From an uncultured Candidatus Saccharibacteria bacterium (lineage in GTDB: Bacteria > Patescibacteriota > Minisyncoccia > Phycocordibacterales > DATGWK01), in assembly GCA_964390475.1 (NCBI GenBank), contig CAYMIB010000001.1, forward strand, positions 1 through 60,059: DNA of 60,059 nt, read 5' to 3'. Position numbers and translations under genes: made by a program. Every line of letters starts with the position of its first letter. Position 1 is the first letter of the stretch. Positions 18,065-26,389 of this stretch are shown here, in pieces. Under the pieces are notes generated by a model that did no database searches, had not been told where the DNA came from, and worked only from the letters and a program-made list of their open reading frames with translations.

Positions 18065-18454
18065 ATGCTTACTTCTACCCAGGTGTCCCTCGTGGCCGAC
18101 TTCGAGTCCTGTATTCACAACACCAGGTGTTGGTACGGGGCGAGCGTTGACAAGGTGGTGCAAGAGACCAAGGGGAGTGATCACCCTCACTCCTTCGATG
18201 GCTACTGCATCTGCATGACGCCGGAGTGGGTGAAGGATGTTTACACCCTCCTCACATCACGCGGTATCAAGCCAGAACCATTCTTTGAATTTCTCGCAGA
18301 ACGCGAGTGGTTCAAGAAAGGCGCTGACTTTCTCAACGCGAAACGACTGAACGGGTATGGTAAGGATGATGCGGTGGAAAGAGACGATCAATATTGTCTC
18401 GAACTCCCACATCTCATCAGGCTATTCCGTGAGTTCGTTGAGCGGTCCGCGTAG
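18065..18454 (+). CDS. Hypothetical protein (orphan A, upstream of the hammerhead)
   Basis: GC-rich ORF. The ATG at 18065 is preceded by GAAAGGAGAAATCTC, nearly identical to the RBS context of orphan B. An in-frame ATG at 18002 is an alternative start. Confidence 0.5.
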   Translation: MLTSTQVSLVADFESCIHNTRCWYGASVDKVVQETKGSDHPHSFDGYCICMTPEWVKDVYTLLTSRGIKPEPFFEFLAEREWFKKGADFLNAKRLNGYGKDDAVERDDQYCLELPHLIRLFREFVERSA

Positions 18455-18564
18455 CCCAAGCGTAAGAAGGAAGTCAGCGCGAAAAAATAAGCGCAGACAA
18501 TCCTTCAGGGATGGATTCGTATATCCAAATAAAATACGAACGCAGGTAGAGCGTTTCTCTACCA

Positions 18565-18613
18565 CTGTCGGGAAGTGTGTACTTCTCCTGATGAGTCCGA
18601 AAGGACGAAACAG
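18565..18613 (+). ncRNA. Type III hammerhead ribozyme
   Basis: CUGUC^GGGAAGU-GUGU-ACUUCUC-CUGAUGA-GUCC-GAAA-GGAC-GAA-ACAG. The complete conserved core is present: CUGAUGA, GAAA and a GUC cleavage triplet. Helix I has 7 bp, helix II 4 bp with a GAAA loop, and open helix III has 4 bp. Confidence 0.85.
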
Positions 18614-18667
18614 AAGTGTTCTTTCACAAACGGTCATAGCGAACCACTTCCTGAAAGGAGAAATCGC

Positions 18668-19141
18668 ATGTTTCGGAAACTGACTACAATCATCGACAGT
18701 AAGTTGGTGAGGGAGATGGACAGGAAAGAGGGTCTTCGGTCGGGGAAAGGATTTGAGGAGTGTTTGCTCCTCGGACATCGGTTGGTTTCGGTGGCGTTTC
18801 AAGCTCCCGAAAACATCCTGAATCTTTTCTCCACGAATAACCCTCTACCTTTTGGGATGGACGGCGATCTTTATGATCGTCTACGTCATTCCCGCGAGGC
18901 ACGGGTGAGGAATCACCAAGTCGCAATTCAACAGGCAGCTCGAATCGACTCGGTTGTCAGTCTCATCGACACCAGCGACGTCTTCAGGTTGGTGATGTAC
19001 TGCTACCGGTGCGAGGAAAAGGAACCGTTCTATAGGGTTCGTTTCCACATCAACTCTAAGGGGGAATTTGTTCATGCCGATGTGGACCCTAAGGGTGATG
19101 GTCCATCCGATCCTGGTCATTTTGTTTCCAGGATTGTGTAA
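18668..19141 (+). CDS. Hypothetical protein (orphan B, downstream of the hammerhead)
   Basis: ATG preceded by GAAAGGAGAAATCGC. 157 aa, GC-rich. Confidence 0.55.
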   Translation: MFRKLTTIIDSKLVREMDRKEGLRSGKGFEECLLLGHRLVSVAFQAPENILNLFSTNNPLPFGMDGDLYDRLRHSREARVRNHQVAIQQAARIDSVVSLIDTSDVFRLVMYCYRCEEKEPFYRVRFHINSKGEFVHADVDPKGDGPSDPGHFVSRIV

Positions 19142-19149
19142 TCAATAGC

Positions 19150-19190
19150 CCCCACGAAAATCCCACGGGACGTTTCGTGGGGTTTTCTTT
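19150..19190 (+). terminator. Intrinsic terminator
   Basis: CCCCACGAAA...TTTCGTGGGG hairpin followed by TTTTCTTTT. Confidence 0.75.
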
Positions 19191-19424
19191 TATATGGTGA
19201 GTTCGTGAGTTGGGTATAATACAGGAATGTAGATAGTGGCATCGTTTTTCTGTTCAAATTTAGTTCTAACATCCTCTACTACGGCACCCTGGTTAGAATT
19301 TTTAAACAAAAGCTTTATTCAGCAAGGACTTTTTGGTTCTAGCTGTTTCGCTTTCTTGATACATTTTACTTTCTAACAAATTTTAAATACCATTGGCCCA
19401 GAACACCATAAAGGAGAAGAGAAT

Positions 19425-20024
19425 ATGAAAATTATTCTTTCAACACGTAACCCGAGTAAGTTGGAACAGATCCAGGGATTGTTTCTCGGATCACCCATCA
19501 AGGTTTTGAGTTTGGATGATGTGCGGATAACTGGTGAGGCTGTAGAAGACGGTATAACACTTGCTGAAAATGCATTCAAAAAAGCGCACTTCGCTTACGT
19601 CCAGAGTGGGTCCAAAGAGTGGGCAATGGCGGACGATACCGGCCTTCACATCGGAGCTTTGAATGGAGCGCCGGGAGTCCGAGCGGCACGCTGGGCGGGC
19701 GAGACCGCCACAACTGACGAAATTACGCAGTTTACACTCAAGCAGTTGGAAGGGAAGCTAGATCGATCTGCTGTTTTTGAAACAGTAGTCGCCGTAATCG
19801 CACCAAACGGCGAGCATCATTTTTTCAATGGAGAAGTTCATGGAACATTACTCGAAGCTCCGCGTGTCAGACCTCAGCCAAAGATGCCGTACAGTCCGAT
19901 CTTTGTGCCGGATGGAGAAAACAGGGTGTGGGCTGAGATGACTGTAGAACAAGAAAACAGCATCTCACACCGCGGTAAGGCGTTTCGGAAAGCGCGTGCG
20001 TTTTTGGAGAGTCTGATCAAGTAG
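19425..20024 (+). CDS. rdgB: Non-canonical purine NTP pyrophosphatase RdgB/HAM1
   Basis: STRNPSKLEQI, ADDTGL, GAPGVRAARWAG and SISHRGKA motifs. Confidence 0.85.
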   Translation: MKIILSTRNPSKLEQIQGLFLGSPIKVLSLDDVRITGEAVEDGITLAENAFKKAHFAYVQSGSKEWAMADDTGLHIGALNGAPGVRAARWAGETATTDEITQFTLKQLEGKLDRSAVFETVVAVIAPNGEHHFFNGEVHGTLLEAPRVRPQPKMPYSPIFVPDGENRVWAEMTVEQENSISHRGKAFRKARAFLESLIK

Positions 20025-20047
20025 TCAATGGCTCTTGTTCTCACAAG

Positions 20048-20077
20048 CCTCGGGCATCACGCTCGGGGTTTTTCTTT
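20048..20077 (+). terminator. Intrinsic terminator
   Basis: CCTCGGGCatcacGCTCGGGG followed by a T-run. Confidence 0.65.
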
Positions 20078-20108
20078 TAACGAGAAAGACTATACTTAGA
20101 GAAACGCC

Positions 20109-21197
20109 GTGCTTTCTCACTTCCACAACTTAAAAAATTGGACCGTCAAAAATGAACGCAAACTTTCGGCGCTTGCGCTTTTTGCCGGCTTTGTTTTGGA
20201 TGCGCTGACACTGCGCCGAGTAGACAATATTTACGAGAATGCTGTTTTCATATCTTATTTTTTCATCATCGGGTTTTCTATTATTGTCATTAACTACATC
20301 GAGGCGGGGAAATATGAAAGGGAATGGGTTGGTCGCACACATCCTTTTTTGCTCCTCCTTATTCAGTTTGCGTTCGGTGGTCTGTTTAGCGGCTTTTCGA
20401 TTTTTTATTTTCGCAGTGGGTCGCTGTTGTCGAGCTGGCCATTCATTCTGATTCTAGTTGTGTTGCTTGTTGGGAATGAATCTTTGCGTAAGCAGTACGA
20501 GCGTTTGGTTTTTCAAGTTTCATTTTTGTTTGTCGCCTTGTTTTTCTTCACGATTTTCGCTGTGCCGGTGGCACTTGGTCATATGGGTGCGGCCATTTTC
20601 GTTTTGAGTGGGGCAGTTGCTCTTGTATTAGTTGCAGGTTTTGTGTATCTACTGTGGCGAATTGTACCCGAGCGGGTAGCGAAGAGTCGACGGCGTCTGA
20701 TTTATTCCATCACCACCATTCTTCTTTTGGTCAACGCCCTTTATTTCACCAACCTCATTCCGCCCATTCCGCTTTCTTTGAAACAGGCGGGTGTTTATCA
20801 TTCAATCGTACGCGCTGGGGGTGAATATGTTGCAAAAGAAGAAAAACAATCTGGTCTTTCGACTCTGCAAATTTTTGAGAACATTCACGTGAAAAAAGGT
20901 GAGCCGATTTATGTGTACAGTGCGGTTTTTGCGCCTGACAACATCAGCACCACCGTCGTGCACAACTGGCGGCGTTTTGATCCCGAAACTAGTCGCTGGA
21001 TTTCTGTCAGTCGAATTCCATATATCGTCATTGGCGGAGTCGATCGGGGTTACCGCGGCTATACCAAAAAGTCGAATCTTGAGGAAGGTCGGTGGACCGT
21101 AAACATTGAGACCGACCGAGAGCAAGTCATCGGCCGAGTCACTTTTGAAGTAATGTATGACGACGAAATTTATCAGCTTGTAGAGAAGGCTCTTTAG
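20109..21197 (+). CDS. Membrane protein with C-terminal DUF2914-like domain
   Basis: GTG start, multiple TM helices. The C-terminal block VVHNWRRFDPETSRWISVSRIPY...GYRGYTKK...GRWTVNIE matches the DUF2914 pattern. Confidence 0.5.
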   Translation: MLSHFHNLKNWTVKNERKLSALALFAGFVLDALTLRRVDNIYENAVFISYFFIIGFSIIVINYIEAGKYEREWVGRTHPFLLLLIQFAFGGLFSGFSIFYFRSGSLLSSWPFILILVVLLVGNESLRKQYERLVFQVSFLFVALFFFTIFAVPVALGHMGAAIFVLSGAVALVLVAGFVYLLWRIVPERVAKSRRRLIYSITTILLLVNALYFTNLIPPIPLSLKQAGVYHSIVRAGGEYVAKEEKQSGLSTLQIFENIHVKKGEPIYVYSAVFAPDNISTTVVHNWRRFDPETSRWISVSRIPYIVIGGVDRGYRGYTKKSNLEEGRWTVNIETDREQVIGRVTFEVMYDDEIYQLVEKAL

Positions 21198-21249
21198 GGT
21201 GTACTCTTATTTCAATATGAAAGTGCAAGAGAAGATGTAAATATATTTT

Positions 21250-22371
21250 ATGTCCAGATCAATAAAAAATATGCTGGAGTCCGCTGATATCAAAATAAAC
21301 GGTGATCGACCTTGGGATATTCAAATTTTAGACAAGAGAGTATACAGGGCCGTCGCTCTCCGTGGGCTCATGGGCTTAGGCGACGCATATGTTAAAGGTT
21401 GGTGGGAATGCAAAGAACTCGATACTTTTTTCTATAAGGCATTTACCGCAAATCTTCAGGAGAAACTCAGATTCGACGTCGTAAATATTGGTGAGTACGT
21501 TAAGCAGAAACTTTTTAATCTTCAAAGTAAATCAAGAGCTTTCATTGTTGGGCAAGAACACTATGACTTGGGCAATGATCTATATGAAGCAATGCTCGAC
21601 AAAAGAATGGTTTATACCTGCGGATATTGGAAAGACGCAAGAACACTTGATGAAGCTCAAGAGGCAAAATTAGACCTCACCTGTAGGAAACTTAATCTTA
21701 AACCTGGTCAGAAAGTTCTTGATATTGGCTGTGGATGGGGAAGCTTTGCGAAATTTGCCGCAGAAAAGTATGGTGCGCATGTTGTCGGCGTTACTGTTTC
21801 AAAAGAGCAAGTTGAGCTAGCTCAAGAGCGATGCAAAGGTCTTCCTGTCGAAATTCGTTTGCAAGATTACCGAGATGTTAATGAGAAATTTGACCACATT
21901 GTTTCGTTGGGAATGTTTGAGCACGTCGGTTACAAAAATTACCGAGAATATTTTGAAGTTGCGTATCGGTGTCTTAGAGATGATGGAACTTTCTTGCTTC
22001 ATACCATGGGTCAACGCGATGACTATCCAAATACTCACCAGCCAGAAACACATTGGATAATCAAACACATATTTCCAAACGGCATGCTTCCTTCGGTTAG
22101 TCAGATCGGCAAAGCGTCGGAAAAACTTTTCGTTATGGAGGATTGGCATACTTTTGGGAAGGATTACGATCGAACCATGATGGAATGGTTTAAGAATTTT
22201 GATAAAAATTGGCCAAAACTTCAGCAAAAATATGGCGACCGATTTTACAGAATGTGGAAATACTATCTCATGACATTTTGTGGTGCGTGGCGTGCTCACG
22301 GGCAATATAATTTGTGGCAAATTGTGTTCACGAAACCAAACAGAGAAGGGAGGTATCAATCAGTAAGGTAA
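21250..22371 (+). CDS. cfa: Cyclopropane-fatty-acyl-phospholipid synthase
   Basis: VLDIGCGWGSFAKFAAEKYGAHVVGVTVSKEQ and HYDLGNDLYEAMLD are family hallmarks. Confidence 0.85.
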   Translation: MSRSIKNMLESADIKINGDRPWDIQILDKRVYRAVALRGLMGLGDAYVKGWWECKELDTFFYKAFTANLQEKLRFDVVNIGEYVKQKLFNLQSKSRAFIVGQEHYDLGNDLYEAMLDKRMVYTCGYWKDARTLDEAQEAKLDLTCRKLNLKPGQKVLDIGCGWGSFAKFAAEKYGAHVVGVTVSKEQVELAQERCKGLPVEIRLQDYRDVNEKFDHIVSLGMFEHVGYKNYREYFEVAYRCLRDDGTFLLHTMGQRDDYPNTHQPETHWIIKHIFPNGMLPSVSQIGKASEKLFVMEDWHTFGKDYDRTMMEWFKNFDKNWPKLQQKYGDRFYRMWKYYLMTFCGAWRAHGQYNLWQIVFTKPNREGRYQSVR

Positions 22372-22431
22372 AGCTTGATTCTGAGCGAAGCTAAAGCCCT
22401 ACGACGACACTCAGCAAATTTCAAAAGTATA

Positions 22432-22460
22432 TTTGCCACATTAAAACAATTGGAGTATGT
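22432..22460 (+). promoter_or_regulatory. Sigma70-type promoter TTGCCA-17-TATGTT
   Basis: Upstream of the three-gene orphan operon. CAGA lies 5 nt after the -10 box, as in several other orphan promoters. Confidence 0.5.
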
Positions 22461-22511
22461 TTTTCTCAGATTGAGTTGTTTAACAGTACAAAAAGTTGGA
22501 AGGAGATAAAA

Positions 22512-22910
22512 ATGCCCGACAGGAAACCCGTTAAGTCCAAGAAGCCAACAGACGATCTTCTGGATGACCATGAGTATAAATTGGTCATGCGTTTGCTCCC
22601 AAAGATCCTCAACACTCCGCTCCTTATTGGCATGCGGCCGAAGGAAAGTGTTGAGCGAGTCCACGATGATCATGAAGGAACGTTCAAGGGTCGACTTCAG
22701 ATCAGTATGTCTGTCGACGGTGATCTGTGGGTGAAAACGACGGATACTCACACCGGGTTTGGTACTCTGCGTTTTCGAGCGATAGGTGGTGGTAGTGCAA
22801 GCCCGAGAATTCATAACGCTCTCCGGCTTCTTGCGGAAGCGATCAGACTCGACAACTTGTCTATGCCGGTCAAGTATCCGGAACAAAGGGCTCAAGAGCA
22901 ACCAGAGTAA
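22512..22910 (+). CDS. Hypothetical protein (orphan operon gene 1)
   Basis: ATG preceded by GGAAGGAGA. 132 aa. Confidence 0.5.
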   Translation: MPDRKPVKSKKPTDDLLDDHEYKLVMRLLPKILNTPLLIGMRPKESVERVHDDHEGTFKGRLQISMSVDGDLWVKTTDTHTGFGTLRFRAIGGGSASPRIHNALRLLAEAIRLDNLSMPVKYPEQRAQEQPE

Positions 22911-22959
22911 GATCAGAGTTTTCAAACGAGAACGAAGACAAAAACAAAAAGGAGACCGT

Positions 22960-23403
22960 ATGTCCGACTTCATTTCCAATTTGCTTGTCCGATGTGGTTT
23001 GGTGGTGGTTCGTTATCCGCCAATCGAAAAGATTTCCGACCCAGCGTTTGAACTTCTGATGGCATATCACCGCTGTAGGAAAACAGGGCGGTGGCAGTAC
23101 AGCAAACTCTACGACTATCTTTCCCAAAACGAGCGCTTCGTTTGCGCCGATTGCGGTGAATGTCGCCGGGTGAAATCGGTTTTCGGTATCAGTCGGTTTC
23201 TGCTCGCTGAGTGCAAGAGAGTTGCCAGAGAGAAAAATTCCTGGGTGCCGTTTCCGCTTCGTGTCATCGGACTCATTTTGGGTGGCCTAGAAAAACACCT
23301 GCCAAAGGACAGGGGTGGCAAAACTGCCGGCGAGCTTGAGTCGCAGGCAATCGGAAAAACCATTTCAAGCTTCGCGTATTTTTCCAGTGTCATAAGACCA
23401 TAA
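22960..23403 (+). CDS. Hypothetical Cys-containing protein (orphan operon gene 2)
   Basis: ATG preceded by AAAGGAGA. 147 aa with a CADCGEC motif. Confidence 0.5.
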   Translation: MSDFISNLLVRCGLVVVRYPPIEKISDPAFELLMAYHRCRKTGRWQYSKLYDYLSQNERFVCADCGECRRVKSVFGISRFLLAECKRVAREKNSWVPFPLRVIGLILGGLEKHLPKDRGGKTAGELESQAIGKTISSFAYFSSVIRP

Positions 23404-23431
23404 CTTGTTCACTGAAATGAAAGGAGGTTAT

Positions 23432-23743
23432 ATGTCGAGAGTAACGTCAGGCTGTCGGCTCATTGTCGGTAATTTTCAGCTCCAACCCGGGCGGGAAATT
23501 TCAGGTGTACTCGATGAAGAGGGCAGGGTGTATCGTCCTCATCCGTATGACATCCCTCGCGACCCGCACAAACTTTCACTTTTCTCTGTCCATCTGTTGG
23601 AGGCGATGATTGACTCTGGACTTATCACCGACGAGTACTTTAGCGGCCGCGAAGGGGACGTTCTCGATTTTCATAGTCACCTCATGCACTTGCGCAACAA
23701 CATGGGGCGTTGCTCCGGTGTCCCGATGCGGTGCCAGTCGTAG
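23432..23743 (+). CDS. Hypothetical protein (orphan operon gene 3)
   Basis: ATG preceded by AAAGGAGG. 103 aa. Confidence 0.5.
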   Translation: MSRVTSGCRLIVGNFQLQPGREISGVLDEEGRVYRPHPYDIPRDPHKLSLFSVHLLEAMIDSGLITDEYFSGREGDVLDFHSHLMHLRNNMGRCSGVPMRCQS

Positions 23744-23767
23744 TCGTAGTTCTCAGTTAGTGACTTA

Positions 23768-23800
23768 ACCGGTTTGCTTTAAGCGACCGGTTTTTCTTTT
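23768..23800 (+). terminator. Intrinsic terminator
   Basis: ACCGGT...ACCGGT hairpin followed by TTTTTCTTTT. Confidence 0.6.
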
Positions 23801-23825
23801 ATGAAAAATAAACAAAAAAGCTCTC

Positions 23826-24242
23826 TTAATTCCTTCGTTCTTTTTGGTTAAAGGTAACCTTAGATTTTTTTGTAATAGCTAAGATTCCAAGCACGACAAT
23901 GTAGGTTGAAATGATCTCTGGCGGAATCTGATATTTTATATAACCAAAATACTCGCCCACAAAAAGGCCAGCGATGAGTATGGTCCAAAGGGCAACATAT
24001 ATTTCTCCTGGGTGTCGGCCGATAGGGTGGTGGAGCCAGCGCTCGAATTCTTTTTCGGCACTATATATAGCAAGGCAAGCTGTATAAATAGCGGCGATCG
24101 GGCCGATGACGTTTTCTAGTGAGCCGGCAGAAAAGACATCTTTAATGATCGCCAGAAATAAAATCAGCGTCCAAAAAATCACCGCATATCTCCAAAAGGC
24201 ACCTTGATTTTTTGCTGGTCTAGCCATATCTAAACTTTGCAA
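23826..24242 (-). CDS. Hypothetical 4-TM membrane protein
   Basis: 138-aa hydrophobic ORF. Confidence 0.45.
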   Translation of the reverse strand: MQSLDMARPAKNQGAFWRYAVIFWTLILFLAIIKDVFSAGSLENVIGPIAAIYTACLAIYSAEKEFERWLHHPIGRHPGEIYVALWTILIAGLFVGEYFGYIKYQIPPEIISTYIVVLGILAITKKSKVTFNQKERRN

Positions 24243-24305
24243 CTATTATACATTGATGGCCGTTTTATTCGCTAATTCTTACAACGTTAAATACGACAAA
24301 ACAAC

Positions 24306-24704
24306 ATGATCAAAGAATTCAAACAGTTTTTGCTTCGAGGAAACGTTGTCGACCTAGCGGTCGGTGTGGTGATCGGCGCCGCTTTTGGCTCGGTGGTTAC
24401 AGCCTTGGTAGCCGATCTTCTGACTCCGCTCATTGCCGCTATCGCCAAGGTGCCAGATTTTGGCGGTCTAACTTTTATGGTTAATGGCAGTAAATTTATG
24501 TACGGGCATTTCATAAACGCCCTGATCTCATTCTTACTTGTAGCGTCGGCGGTTTTCTTTTTTGTGGTAAAGCCGATGAACATGCTGGTTTCTCGGTCAC
24601 GCAAAGAACCACCGGCTGATCCGACAACCAAAAAATGTCCGGAATGTGTCAGCGAAATTCCGATTTCGGCCAAACGCTGTTCTCACTGCGCTCAGATTGT
24701 TTAA
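24306..24704 (+). CDS. mscL: Large-conductance mechanosensitive channel MscL with C-terminal zinc-ribbon tail
   Basis: EFKQFLLRGNVVDLAVGVVIGAAFG N-terminus. C-terminal CPECVSEIPISAKRCSHC. Confidence 0.85.
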   Translation: MIKEFKQFLLRGNVVDLAVGVVIGAAFGSVVTALVADLLTPLIAAIAKVPDFGGLTFMVNGSKFMYGHFINALISFLLVASAVFFFVVKPMNMLVSRSRKEPPADPTTKKCPECVSEIPISAKRCSHCAQIV

Positions 24705-24735
24705 ATAACCCAAGGAGTTTAAAAATCGCTAAAAC

Positions 24736-24760
24736 AAAAATCCGGCTTGTCCGGATTTTT
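24736..24760 (+). terminator. Intrinsic terminator (bidirectional context)
   Basis: AAAAATCCGGcttgtCCGGATTTTT. Confidence 0.7.
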
Positions 24761-24805
24761 GCGTTGATTTAAATTTCAACTCGCCTTCAACCTATTTAAG
24801 TCTAT

Positions 24806-25948
24806 CTAAGAACCAGTTTGGAATTTTTGCTCACTTGAGATAGTTGTATTTTTTGATGCGTCGGTTGACTCAACAGAATATCGGTAAACCGTACTTGTTG
24901 ATAAACCGGAAAGCATTATCGAATGATTTGTGACCAGTGAAGATACGCTAACTGACTTTGTCGACGGCGCGCTGCGATCAAAGTTTTCTTTTGTTGAATA
25001 GTAAACCTTTGAGGTCGCTGGCTCGTTTGTTACCCATGTTATTTGAGTTGTCGTTGATCCGTCAGTCGAAGATATTGAACTCAAAACCGGCGCCGCAGTG
25101 TCAGCTTTAGTTGCGACTTTCATCGAAACCGATGCTGATCTGTTTCCAGCCGTGTCAGTAGACTCGACTATTAGGTAGTAAGTCGTGCCAGGAGTCAGGC
25201 CAGAAATAACCACCTCATGTTTTAAGTCTGCTGAACCAGATTCTTTAAAGTACTCTGCTGTACCAATGTCTACCGGTAGGGCTTTACCGAAGTAAACTCG
25301 TCCAGTTGAATTTTCATTGGTGTTCCAAGTTACCGTGATAGTTCCTTCTGTTGAAACTGTTGCAATGCTACTCATCACTGGTCCAGTTTGGTCAGTCGTC
25401 TCTGGTTTAGTTACGAATGATGTTACTGGTGAGTTAGCAGTATTTCCGCTTTTATCGGTCGAGCGAACGACTGCGTAATATGTAGTGCTTGTACTGAGGT
25501 CTCGGATGATCAGAGCATGTTCTTTAGTCATGTCATCATCGTGGAGTTTGTTGTCGGCAGTGTCAGATGTGTCGACGTTACTGTCGGTATCCCAGAACAC
25601 CGTGCTGTCGGCGTCCTCGTTAGTATCCCACGACACCTCGGCTTCGTTTTTAGCTTCGTCAAAGTCGATGTCGCTAATTCGGGGAGCAGTTGTGTCCTTG
25701 CCATCTTTGTTCATTTTTTTCGCTATACCAAATGGCAAGCGACATTCTTCACGGATACTAATAGGTCCATTGTGTTTGATCCATCCTGGGGCGATCAAAT
25801 GTCCGATGGCTCGTAAACAACCAGACTTGTCTTTTCCGTTGTCATTTTCTTTAGCAAAGCCGGAAAGGGGAGCTACAAAGACAAGGGCCGCCAAAATTAC
25901 TAAACCGGCTATAAATCCCATGTATTTGTTTTTTGTTTTCATGTTCAT
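24806..25948 (-). CDS. Secreted protein with three fibronectin-III-like repeats
   Basis: Signal peptide, then three repeats of the type VSWDTNE..STVFW...TTYY..V.STD.SGN. Confidence 0.6.
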   Translation of the reverse strand: MNMKTKNKYMGFIAGLVILAALVFVAPLSGFAKENDNGKDKSGCLRAIGHLIAPGWIKHNGPISIREECRLPFGIAKKMNKDGKDTTAPRISDIDFDEAKNEAEVSWDTNEDADSTVFWDTDSNVDTSDTADNKLHDDDMTKEHALIIRDLSTSTTYYAVVRSTDKSGNTANSPVTSFVTKPETTDQTGPVMSSIATVSTEGTITVTWNTNENSTGRVYFGKALPVDIGTAEYFKESGSADLKHEVVISGLTPGTTYYLIVESTDTAGNRSASVSMKVATKADTAAPVLSSISSTDGSTTTQITWVTNEPATSKVYYSTKENFDRSAPSTKSVSVSSLVTNHSIMLSGLSTSTVYRYSVESTDASKNTTISSEQKFQTGS

Positions 25949-26062
25949 TTTGATAATTTTAAAGTTTTAAGAATTTTTGATAAACAACTAACCACGCGTG
26001 CTTGCTTATGAGAAGCACCACTTTTAAGACTTGGTCAATTACTGCTTTGTCGACTGTGGAAT

Positions 26063-26248
26063 TTATGCGTGTCTATGGATTCGCCCAGCGTTTTCCATAT
26101 CTCGGTGCTCAAGGGCACCCCAGACAGCAAGTATTGCCACAATTCCACCAGTTACTAGCAAGTTTAGAACCATATTATCTGGGCTAACTACATAGGCGGA
26201 TGTAACAAGCCACAAGCCCAGCACCAAATTTGTCCATTGTTGCCACAT
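26063..26248 (-). CDS. Small two-TM protein (SPW-repeat-like)
   Basis: WQQWTNLVLGLWLVTSAYVV pattern. 61 aa. Confidence 0.35.
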   Translation of the reverse strand: MWQQWTNLVLGLWLVTSAYVVSPDNMVLNLLVTGGIVAILAVWGALEHRDMENAGRIHRHA

Positions 26249-26389
26249 ATATTTGATGGTTTAAGCCAATAATCAAGTCGACCTTTGCTTACTGTGACGG
26301 AGTCAGACAAGACCTCTTACTTTTTGCACAACTAACCCAAAAATTGCTGTATAATAGACACACTTATTGGATATTTAATTTAATTTATT

